A stretch of DNA of 64,000 bases, taken from NCBI GenBank assembly GCA_035221665.1, contig CM069131.1, forward strand, positions 106,826,001 to 106,890,000, in the 5' to 3' direction. This DNA comes from Okamejei kenojei (taxonomy: Eukaryota). Shown here piece after piece: positions 13,291-24,970 of this stretch (position 1 is the first letter of the stretch; each line of letters opens with the position of its first letter). The notes under the pieces were generated by a model, which searched no databases, was not told the DNA's origin, and saw nothing but the letters and a program-made list of their open reading frames with translations. A program made the translations under genes and the position numbers.

Positions 13291-14829
13291 TAACGCAGAT
13301 TGGGGCATGTAGTCCACCATATTTCCTGAAGTCAATAACTATAGCTCCTTCAGTTTGCTGACATTGAGGAATAAGGTTTTGTGCTGACATCATGCCACAC
13401 TAAGTTCTCTATCTCCTTCCTATACTCGATCTCATCAATGTTTGTGATGGGGCCCACTACAATGGATTCATCTGCAAATATGTAGATGGAGTTAGAGCCA
13501 AATTAGTGTATAGAGAATATAGTATGGTACTGAGAACGCATCATCACCAGTATTCAGAATTATTCGAGAGGAGGTGTTGTCACCTTTCCTCATTGATGGT
13601 GTATTATCGATACATAATCAACAAAGTATGGAGATTTCTTTCCGACTGATTCACAAATTGCATTTCACTTTTGCAATGTAGATGGATTAAACAACCTCAT
13701 AATATTGCAAAGCATTGATGAATTTAACAGATCTACCGTGAGAAATTAAGTTCTTCTCAGTGATGACGTGGCTGATTGCATTCTTTACACAAGAGCAAAT
13801 ATAACATGATTTAATTATTCCTGGGTGAAAAAAAAAACTGAAAATTCAGCTGGAATTTACTGTTCATGAATTATTCAAAGATTGATTTTGGAATGTTTCA
13901 AAGCAAACATTGGCACTAATTTTATTGGCTTAATAACCAAGAAATTATTAGGTGTCAGCTGCCTAGTCAATAGCTGTGTCACGTATATTACCATTCAGCA
14001 GTATTTCCCAAGTACAATTGGCATCCACAGAAAACCAGCATGGCAGTTTTTGTACTGCATTGCAGGTTTCTAATCACGGTGAGCAAAGTTCACCAATCCA
14101 TAAAAAATAAATCATCTCATAAAACTGTTAACCCCACCATTTTCAGTTTTATGAGATTATCTTAATGTTGCATTATAACTTGGGTTACACCATGTGGAGT
14201 GCTGCACACATTTGCAGAGGGAATAGAAAATAGAAGCCTGAATGTGAACTGACCCTTTGAAGGGTCTTGACCCAAAACGTCACTCATTCCTTCTCTCCAG
14301 AGATGCTGCCTGTCCCGCTAAGTTACTCAAGCTTTTCGTGTCTTCGGTTTAAACCAGCATCTGCAGTTCCATCTTACACAGGATATAGGTCAGCCACAGA
14401 AATAGATGGAGAAATGGCAGATGGAGTTTAATCTGAAGTGGGAGGTGTTGCACTTTGGCAGGTGAGGGGAAAACATACAATTAAAGGCAAGACTCTTAAA
14501 ATCTAAAAAGACAGAGTGTGGTAAGCGCCTGGAACATGCAGCCAGAATAGGTGATTGGCAGATAAGTTAGTGGCATTTAAGAGAATGTTGGAAAGGCATA
14601 TGGATATGCGGAGAATGTAGGGATATGCATTATGTGCAAGCAGATATGGGTTTAGCACAGACATGGGCCAAAGAGCCTGTTTCTGTGTTGTATTGATCTA
14701 TGTTCTAATTTCACCACAGTATCCCATACTCAGTTTGTGACCAAAAACAAACGTTGACACTTTTTTCCACTTAAATATGTGGGCAGACTAGAACAATGAA
14801 GTTACGTTAGTCTGTATAAATTAGCTTAC

Positions 14830-14942
14830 CCACTTGATGCAGGGTTACTGTTGCTTCCATAGTCATTGGACGTGTCCTCTTGGTCATTAATGTCATAATT
14901 TGATTGATAAAAGTCTGGATTAAATTGCTCAAAGGCTGACAT
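14830..14942 (-). CDS. YIPF7: YIPF7 first coding exon
   Basis: ttttttcag|A ATG; 113 coding nt; MSAFEQFNPDFYQSNYDINDQEDTSNDYGSNSNPASS(G); donor gtaagc; matches the YIPF5/7 N-terminus (DFYQSN.IDxQ). Confidence 0.85.
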
Positions 14943-15340
14943 TCTGAAAAAAATGAAGGAAAACAATGATAATATAATTAATCTCCCTTGGCAAAATCAA
15001 GAAACAACTGCAAATTCTCTTGATCAGATAAAATACAAAATTCTTGGTGGATGCAGCATCTTCAGTGCTTGATATGTAAAATGCTGTTACCACTTTCGAT
15101 ACATTCCTAAAACTTTTAAAGCCATCTTCCATCAGCATGACTTCATAGAATGTGAATTGAAACAACCTTATGCACTAAAAGTATTGGGTAGTAATTTACA
15201 GGACTAATGATCTACCCTTATCACCTTAATCTACACCCCATTAATATTCGATGTTTGGGGTTGGTGCATCTAATATCTGATAGACGCTAAAACAGGGTTG
15301 CACTAGTATGCTTGCCACCATTCTTATAGACAAGCTATTA

Positions 15341-15770
15341 GTAGGCCCCCCTCGGTCATGACTGATCATGGGTGATGCATTCTAGTTTGCAGGTGATGTG
15401 TGGTCGGATGCAAGCCTGGGCAATGTCATATGGAGGACAGGCTGTTGCCCATGCAGCACATCCCCCCTCTCCATGTCGCTGATCGATCCAAAGGAACAGC
15501 AGGGCCGTTACAGTTTGCCACCAGTGCCGTCGCAGGAGCTGCCAGAGCGAGGTTGTAGACAACGACAAACTACCTTAGGGGCTCCGATTTTCTTGAGTTT
15601 TACTCCAGGAGCCTTTTCCATGACTGGATATGGCCACAAGGCAGTGGAGGTTTTAAATCAGAGTTTTCCCTCTCCTAGATGGACTGCCTTCCCAGGCTGA
15701 TGAGCCCATCTGCCCGAGACTCATGGGGGTGGGAGCATCTACATTCCCGTGCAGGTCTATAGCATCTGCC
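15341..15770 (-). mobile_element. Short non-autonomous RTE-like retroelement (430 bp) with 10-bp TSD
   Basis: CAAGCTATTA at 15331-15340 and 15771-15780; interior resembles RTE 5' UTR plus 3' tail with no ORF. Confidence 0.6.
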
Positions 15771-16013
15771 CAAGCTATTAAGATAAGATTTAATCCTATT
15801 TCTGATAGAGATTGGGAAAATACGGCCCTAGGGTGTAGGAGGGCGAATTTGTTCAATTTCACTTCTATCACAAACTGTGATCAATGGTAAAAACAAAAAA
15901 GACACCATCTGTTGAAAGAGAAAATGAACATGTTAGCAATCTGTAATCCCCTCTTAGATAGAGAAATTGAATGTTGTTGATTGAGGCTTTCATGTGGTGG
16001 ACAAAATGGAAAT

Positions 16014-16282
16014 GGGCGGCACTGTTGTGTAGCTGGTCTAGCTGCTGCCTCACACCCGGTTCGATTCTAACCTTGAGTGCTGTCTGTGTGGAATTTGCAC
16101 ATTCTCCCTATGAGCAAGTGGGTTACCACTGCAAGTTCTCTCACATCCCAAAGATGTGTGGGTTTGCAGGTTAATTGGTCTCTGTAAATTGCTCCTATTG
16201 TGGATGCAAGAATAGGACAACATAAACTAATACGAACGGGTTAGTGTGGACTCAGCAGGCCGAAGTGCCTATTTCCATGTTG
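16014..16282 (+). mobile_element. tRNA-derived V-SINE (HE1-like)
   Basis: GGCGGCAC head, B-box-like GGTTCGATTC, GTGCTGTCTGTGTGGAATTTGCAC core, (ctaaa)n tail. Confidence 0.75.
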
Positions 16283-18219
16283 TAACTCTAATCTAAACTA
16301 AATAGGTTATTTGTATGTGTCCTTCAAGTTGCCCTTTCACATTCTAAATTCCTATGAATATAGCACTGCAGAATATAAGCAATGATTGTCCAACAAATCA
16401 TATCTGATTTCTTGGAAATGATTCATAATAATACTAAAAAAAAAAAATCGGGCCACAAACTTTCATAACCTTTAATTTTAGAACCTACTTGCTCAATGTC
16501 TTTAACATGGGTTTTTTTTTGCAAGAAATTATATTTTTCACTTTTCTTAAATTTATGAAACAAAAGTAAAACATTTGGAAATACGAGAGAAACACAGGCA
16601 ATGAATATTGCAGATGATCAGAATGTTGCCTAAGTCTGTTTCTTAATTCACTGATCATGACAAAATAAAATAAGTTACAGCACACATTCAGCCTGTCCAT
16701 TCCTTATGGGCTCTTTGGCAAGAGCAATCCAGCTAACGACACCCTCCTGCCCTCTCCCCATAGTCCTGAAACATCTTTCATTTTGATAATTATCAAACTC
16801 CCTTCTGAATACTGAATCCATTCAGTGTTCAGTAGATTCCAGCTGAACTGGTCATTGTGTAAGCAAAATTCTTTGTCACTTTTTTTTAACTTCCATTCTA
16901 TCTTTCCTAGTCATTGATACTTTGCCAATGGGGATCATTTTCCGTCAAATTATCTACCCTTCATAATTTCAACTGCCTCTATCAGATTGCCTCGCAACCT
17001 CTTATGTCCAATAACAAATCCATCTTTTCCAATTTAATTATGACCCCTCATCCCAGAAACATTTGGTAAATATTTTCTGTAATCATTATTGTGTGCTTGC
17101 CTTGTCCCATAGCCCTTACTACCTTAGTTAACAAAACTTTATCAATCTCTGATTTAAAATTCACAATTAACCAGATATCAAAGACTTGTACCACTATTTC
17201 TGTGTAGGAATTTCTGTGATAGGATTCACCCTAATCTTTAGACTATGCCCTAGTTCTACACTCTGCAAACCATGCCAATCATTTCCCATTATCTACCTTA
17301 TCGGTTCTTGTTAATATTGTGTACACTTTGATCAAATCAGCCTTTAACCTCCTAAACCCTTGTGAATACAACTTTAGTGTGTGTGATTGCTATGTGCTAT
17401 TTAACCTTTGAATTCCAACTATCATTCACTCCAAAGCTAATATATCCTAATTGCTCGCAGTACTGCACCTTATATCTTGCTTGGTTGTACACAATACCCT
17501 CTTGCATTGTAGCCCTGTAGATAAAGAGCAGGAGTCCACTGGCCTTTTTCAAGACGTTTTACATCTGACTATATTTCAAATGACCATGTGCATGCATCCA
17601 CATGCTTCTTTGATCCTGTTCTATTTGTGGACAAACTCAACCAAACAAATTCCAACAATATCCCAACAACAGATGTTCAGATGTTGAGAAGCTCACAAGT
17701 AATTAAGCTACTGACCTACATGGTAAAGCCATATGTCCAGCACTGCTGAGTGGCAAATATGGGCACATCTATCACTCTGCTCCACCTTATAAGGTGCAGA
17801 AGGAAGCCATTCAGCCTTTGGGGTCCATACTAGCCCCCAGAAGAACAATCGTATCCCCCTCTCATTCTCTATACCCCATAACATCTTCTCCCTCACATAT
17901 GGCCATCAATTACCCTTTGGGCCAGGATCAAATCCAGGTCTCTGGAGCTGTCGGGCAATTATTGCACCAATGTGCTGTGATGTGACATTTGTGTTGAGCA
18001 GCAACACCATAATCTGATTTTTGGCCCTTTAGGTTAAGTAGGAAAAGAAAAGCGAAGCAAGTTCATTGAATATATTTGTACTTGTTATTTTTGATTCAAA
18101 GCTTTCAATAATTTCTATGTGAATTTTTAATACAATTCAAATATTTTATTCTTTCCATTTTTTAACGTTTCAGGAATTTTTATTTTATAATCATTAAAAT
18201 GTTGACATTATTGCATTGC

Positions 18220-18452
18220 ATTACAGCACCAGAGATCCAGGTTTGATCCTGACGACGGGTGCTGTCTGTACGGAGTTTGTACGTTCTCCCCGTGACCTGC
18301 GTGGAACAGGGTTGCAGGTTAATTGGCTTGGTAAAAATTTGTAAATTATCCCTAGTGTGTAGGATAGTGTTAATGTGTTGGGATTGCTTGTCAAGCGTGG
18401 ACTTGGTGGGCCGAAGGGCCTGTTTCCGTGCAGTATCTCTAAACTAAACTAA
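18220..18452 (+). mobile_element. V-SINE (HE1-like), partial
   Basis: GGGTGCTGTCTGTACGGAGTTTGTACGTTCTCCCCGTGACC core and (ctaaa)n tail. Confidence 0.8.
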
Positions 18453-21400
18453 ACATTGAAAAACTGTTGCTAAGCATCGCAGACCTTCATCCAAGATGAA
18501 GCTCCATCCTTTGGCTGATGTCTGTCGATGTCCTCTGCAGACATTACCTCATTAGTATGGTGCCTGATGCATACTTGCTGCTGAGAGCCATTTCACACAC
18601 TGCTGGATGTCCTTTGGGGGACAGGCGATGGAGTCAGCTCACTCTGCATCAGCGAGTGGCAAGTCTGGGCAGCAGGCTGAATGCTGTTTGATTCATTCTG
18701 ATCATTTTCCAGATCCCCTTTCTAATATTTTATGAGTTGCAAATCGACAAACAGGAATGTTCAATCAAAATGAATTATTTCTAAGTCAAGGAAATGTCAG
18801 CAGTGTTTGAACATTAGGCCCCTGGAATATTGTTAGCTAACTTATTTACACTGCTGGAATAGAAGCTGTCTAGTTCTAGGGATCTGTCCCTTTTTTCCAA
18901 CAATAGTTTCTTCATCACTGTCACTGTGCTCACGTTAACCTAGGTGAGATGCTATTTGAAATAATTCTTGTTTTAAAACAAAGTTTATCTTTGTCAACAT
19001 CTGGCAATTTCAGTTCTGGGGAAACAGATTTACATAGAATAGTAACGCCTGTTTCTGCCAGCAAAACCAGCATTGACCATAAGCCAAATCAGTGCAACAA
19101 CACGACTTTGAAAGCCAGTAAACAAGTACTTAGAACAGAAGTATTCTATCACCAGACTTAAGACATGTGTCAACTGCTTCACAAATAATAAAAATCTTGA
19201 TGGCTAGACATCTCTTAAAAACTGCTCTCCAGCCACTAATGCATCTCCTTTGTTTCAGCTTTAAATCTTCACAAATACTGTGTTGTAGTAAAATTCAGAA
19301 ACAGGCATTTGACAACCAACTTGCTCTGTTTAAATAGGGACTGGTAGTGACGATGACATTTTCTATTAATAATAACCTTGCCTACTTTAGCTGTCAATGT
19401 TAGATTAGCAACTAAATAACACAACTATATTTCCAATGTTAGTTATGAAATTGTTAATTCTACAAACCTTAGGTAAAGCAAAAGGTTACACCAAATCTGG
19501 AATGAATCCTTTTCTTGACAGTATGAAGGAAGGTTAGTGAACCAACAGAGTTTAAACTCAGTGAATGATCGAGTGCAAAACAAGACATACAGGCTATATA
19601 TAATGTTCTAATTTTAGACTGTAGACAAATGGGCATCCAAATTTAACACACTATGTAACTTGTAATTTAGCGCCATTACTATATAAAATTTAAATAAAAC
19701 CATATAGATTTTTTTGTCTACATATGTTATGTCAGCCACTTGCTATTGTTTTTTGTATGACATTAGAGTTATCAAATGATCTTATTAAATGGAAGAGCTG
19801 TCTTAAATGACCATGCAGTTTGCTTCTGCTTAATTTGGGTGTAAATTGAAAAGAATGAGGCAATACAAGGAAAATATGAGACAAAAGAACGAAAGAAATG
19901 ACATCCAAAAAAAACAATGGATGTCTCAAGTTCCAAATACGTTGTTTTAATGAAATCGAGCAGGTGGATCATGTAGATTGACTACTTAAATAAAGGAATA
20001 AAAATTATTCACAATCCATATCAATGATTTGGATGAAGGGACCATGTATTATACATGAATAAGTTTGCAATTACCATTAACCCAAGTGGCAGTGTAGGTT
20101 GTAGGGAGTACACAGAAAGGTTTCAGGATACATGAGCTAATGTAAGTGAATGTCTGGAGACATATCAGAAGGAATATAATGGAGAAACGTCAGCAGAACA
20201 CAATGGAATATATTATTTAATGGTGTGATTAAAAGGTGTTAGTGATCAGCGGAACCAGGGGGTACAAATCACTGTAAATTAATGTTCAGAAACAGCAAGC
20301 AATTAGTAAAGCATATGGTATGTTGGCCTTTTTTGTAGGAGGATTTGATTACACGAGTAAAGATGTTGTACTGTAATTAATCAGGTATTTGGTGAGACTT
20401 GAATATTGTGTACATGTCTAGTCTCCATACTTATTATGATGAATAGAATGCAATAAAGGCTCATGACATTGATTTCAGATAATTGTGCATTTTCACCTTT
20501 TTCAAGTTTTTTGTTATTTTGCATTTCCACTGCTTTTCTCATTTGACCCCTCAAGGTACTATCTATCATAGATAGAATTTCACTATGTAATGTTTAATTG
20601 CATATGTGATAATAAATATCCATTGGACCATTGAACCTATCAAAACCTTGGGCAAAAGCAAAGTGCTGGAGAAACTTGACAGGCCAGGCAGCATCTATGG
20701 AGGGAAATGGATAGTTGATGATTCAGGTTTGGACCCATCTTCAATCTGAAATTTTGTCTGTCCATTTCCCTCCACAGATATTGCACAATCTGCTAAGTTC
20801 CTCCAGCATTTTGTTATTTGTACAAAGTTAAAGCATCTTCAGACTCTTTTGTCTAAAATAAATGTTGCCTACTGTTTCTTCCGGCAACCCCCGACCTCCT
20901 TTCTATTTATCGCCCGTTATTCCCAATTCTGACAAAAGGTAATTGACATGATATGGTAACTCTGTTCAACTCTGCAGATACTGCAAAACTTGGCAAGAAA
21001 ATTCAGCATTTTCTGTCTTTTTTCCAGATTGTCAACATCTGTTGCACTTTGCTTGTGCAGTTTCAGGGGGAAATCATATGGTTAAAATCCCCTAGATAAT
21101 TAAAATTTATCCTGGCAATCACTAAATTCAGTGAAGTGCAGATCCTTGCACAAAATCATATCCACTCCAAACAGATACCGGTCCAGCGTGTACTCGATGG
21201 AAATGTTCTTGTTCCAGAGTCTAAGCAGCAGGTGTTATGGCAAACACACCTGATTTCATTGGAAGCACAGCACATACACTGCCAAGTTCAGTAAATGTAC
21301 AGGACTCATGTAAGTGGAATACTCCAGCGTTTAGCTCTTGGCCCCCAATTCTTTAATATTTTTGCCTTGATCATGCAAGTCCTCCCAAGATTACTGCAGA

Positions 21401-21980
21401 GTTCCATTCAACAGATCTGCTTGTAATCTGAATAGTTTGTAAGTAGGTAATGTGTCTGCCCAGCACTATATATGCAACTAAAACCACCGGCCAAGCAAGT
21501 CAACATGTAATTCAAGAAACTGATCAAGAAGCAATGATATTGGCATGAACCGAGTTCCTACATGGCAGAGGATGCCTACAGTCCCACAGCAGCCGTCAAA
21601 TACATCCCAAAAGCTTGTTTGGCTGTACAGGCCATATATAATTCAGGTGTTCGTAACCTATGGAGAACCTGATGGTTCTCTGCTCCTAGATTATTGTAGA
21701 TCTCGAGATACAACAAATGATCTAAGCTTTCCAGAGCCTCATCACAAACCTTCATTCTCAAAGAGCTTTTAGCCTAAGGAAGAGTTGCGGTCCGAACTGT
21801 CATCTATTCATGTCCTCCGGAGATGCTGCCTGGCCCGCTGACACCAACATTTAGATTGAGGAGATGCAATATGTTGATAAATATTCTATTGAACCACAGG
21901 TGTACAGTAGAGAGCATGTTAACTGGTTGCATCATGGCCTGGTTCAACAACTTGAATGCCCAGGAATGAAGTAGATTATA

Positions 21981-23196
21981 GGGAGGTTGCACGGCAGTTG
22001 GGTCATGACCCATGACCCATACTGTTGCAACGCTACGCCAACTGGAGTATATGCGATGAACTGCAGGTAAGCACTGCCTATTGTTTCCAGCGTAGCGGGC
22101 CCGTTAATACCCCCAAAATGGTCAATTTTTGCGCTGTAAATAATTATGGAAATTGGGATAAGCGTGAGAGACATTTATCCTACTTCAGAATTCAAAAATG
22201 AGGAGAAGTGACAGTAGATAGAAGTGAGAGCGGAAGGGACAACAACAGCCAAAGTGCTTGGCGAACATTGGCCGTTTGCTCACTGCATTTCATCAACAGT
22301 AAGGCATTATTTGTGTTTTTTCTTGATTCCTTTGGCATCTAAAAAGTTTCAGAAGTGATAAATCTGGCTGTCAAATTTTAAAATCGCCCATGGTTCTCGT
22401 GGGTTTTTACATGCAAGAAGAAAACGCCACTGAAACAAAATTTATCATTAAAAAATCGCAAACTATACGTGGGTTTTGAATTACATTTTACTCAGATGCA
22501 AGCCAAGGAATCGCATAACTGCTCGCTGTTAATTGGACATAATCAACCTCAGCAAATTGACAATATCCTATTGAAAGGGAGTGGGTGTTTAAGCTGTCAG
22601 GACATTTTATTATTTGCCAAACTATACATCTCAATAGCATAATGATAGAAGACTTACTTTTCCACACACCACTCGTAAGTCTGTAGATTTTTTAAATGAT
22701 AAATTTAGCTTCAGAAGCATTTTCTTTTTGCATGTAAAAACCCACTTCAGAACCATGGATGATTTTAAAATTTTACAGCCAGATTTATCACTTCTGAGAT
22801 TTTTTAAGATTCCACAGGAATCAAGAAAAAACACAAATAATGCCTTGCTGTTGATGAAATGCAGTGAGCAAACCTGATAATTTCAAATATTTTCAATTTC
22901 GATACCTGCACGGCCAATGTTCGCCAAACACTTTAGCTGTTGTCACTTCAGCTCTCGCTTCTCTTTACCTTCATTTCGCTTCACTTTTAGAAATCTGAAG
23001 TTGGGTACATGTCTCTCACGCTTACCCCGACTTCCACAATTTTTTGCAGCGCAAACATTCACCATTTGGCGTTTTTTAACAGGTAGGAATGTACGTGTAT
23101 TAACAACATATACCGGAAGCTGCAATGTCCTCCAGATGGATTGAGCGGCTCCGTGCGTCAAGCCCTATGACCCGGTGACCTTACGTGCAACCCCCC
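21981..23196. mobile_element. Non-autonomous TIR DNA transposon with long internal inverted arms (copy 1)
   Basis: Ends GGGAGGTTGCACG and CGTGCAACCCCCC, each flanked by TATA; arms at about 22095-22470 and 22670-23080 are reverse complements; the host LINE sequence resumes across it. Confidence 0.75.
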
Positions 23197-24318
23197 TATA
23201 AAAAGAGGTGAACACTGACTAGTCCATTGCAGGTACTGACCTCCCCTTTCTTTTTCCTGCCCCCACCCCCACATCAGTCTTAAGGTTCTCGATCTGAAAT
23301 GTTGCTTATTTCCTTTGCTCCATAGATGCTGCCTCACCCGCTGAGTTTCTCCAGCATTTTTGTCTATCCCGAACATCGAAGGTATCTATAAAAGGCCATG
23401 TCTCATGCTGTCATTTCACTTCTGCCATCAGGAAGAATGTATAGGAAGGTTTCATGACAGTCGGGTCACGATCCATGACCCGTGCTGTTGCTCGCTATGC
23501 CAAGTGGAGTACACGCGATGAACTGCAGGTAAGCATTTACAGCGTAGCGGGCCCGTTAAAACCCGCCGAAATGATCCATTTTTGCGCTGTAAATAATTAT
23601 GGAAATCGGGATAAGCGTGAGATACATTTAGCTTACTTCAGAATTCCAAACGTGAGGAGAAATGACAGTAGATGGTACCTTCATTTCGCTTCACTTTTGG
23701 AATTCTGAAGTTGGGTACATGACTCTCACGCTTACCCCAACTTCAGAATTCCAAAAATTCAACATTTTGCCGTTTTTTAACAGGTAGGAAAGTACGAGTT
23801 TCTTGCATTAATAACATATCCCGGAAGTGATTTGAGTACAAGAGCAGGGAGGTTCTACTGCAGTTGTACAGGGTCTTGGTGAGGCCACACCTGGAGTATT
23901 GCATACAGTTTTGGTCTCCTAATCTGAGGAAAGACATTCTTGCCATAGAGGGAGTACAGAGAAGGTTCACCAGACTGATTCCTGGGATGGCAGGACTTCC
24001 ATGTGAAGAAAGACTGGATAGACTCGGCTTGTACTCGCTGGAATTTAGGAGATTGAGGAGGGATCTTATAGAGACTTACAAAATTCTTAAGGGGTTGGAC
24101 AGGCTAGATGCAGGAAGATTGTTCCCGATGTTGGGGAACTCCAGAACAAGGGGTCACAGTTTAAGGATAAGGGGGAAGTCTTTTAGGACCGAGATGAGAA
24201 GATCATTTTTCACACAGAGTGGTGAGTCTGTGGAATTCTCTGCCACAGAAGGTAGTTGAGGCCAGTTCATTGGCTATATTTAAGAGGGAGTCAGATGTGG
24301 CCCTTGTGGGATCAGGGG

Positions 24319-24936
24319 TGTGAGATATGCGATGTGCTCACAATCACTACTCAAAGACTAAATCGTGGAAGCAAGAGATTCTTTATTTTCGAGTCTGCAG
24401 AGTCGGGTGCCTCTCCAAGTTGAGACACACCAAAGTCAGAAGGGTAAACCCCCTTTATACACATAATTCTACATCCAACCTCCTCTCCTTTGACCCCCTC
24501 CAATCAGACACTGAGGTGCACAATCTGTAGGTACGTCCCCCCAGTACCTCCCACATCATACATCGCATGTCCAGACATGTGCATGGTAATGAGCAGTTTC
24601 TTGACCAGGGGTGTGTTGTAATATTCATTTATTTTATTAAGCATGCTCAGTTGTTCATGACCTACCCTAGTTTTACTCACCTCCAAGTGAACTCTCTCAG
24701 TTCTTCTATATCAGCACTAAAGCTAAGCTATAGTGACAAGGGTCCCATCTATCACTCCATTCTACTGATAGGGATCTATCTACATCACTCCCTTCTACCG
24801 CTATACAATGCTATTACTTCTTACTCAAGGATGGGTCTGGTAACTTTTATACACAGCTGTGTCAGAACCCTCTCCCTGGCCCCTATTGGTTTGAAGCCCC
24901 TTACAATAGTGGGGTTTAATCACTTTATCCCTCACA
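24319..24936 (-). repeat. ERV 3' LTR (618 bp)
   Basis: TGTGAG...CTCACA ends; adjacent PPT (minus-strand AAAAGAAAAAGGGAGGAT, 24937-24954); minus-strand TATAAA at about 24455 and AATAAA at 24382-24387. Confidence 0.95.
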
Positions 24937-24970
24937 ATCCTCCCTTTTTCTTTTGCTACGCATCTATTGA

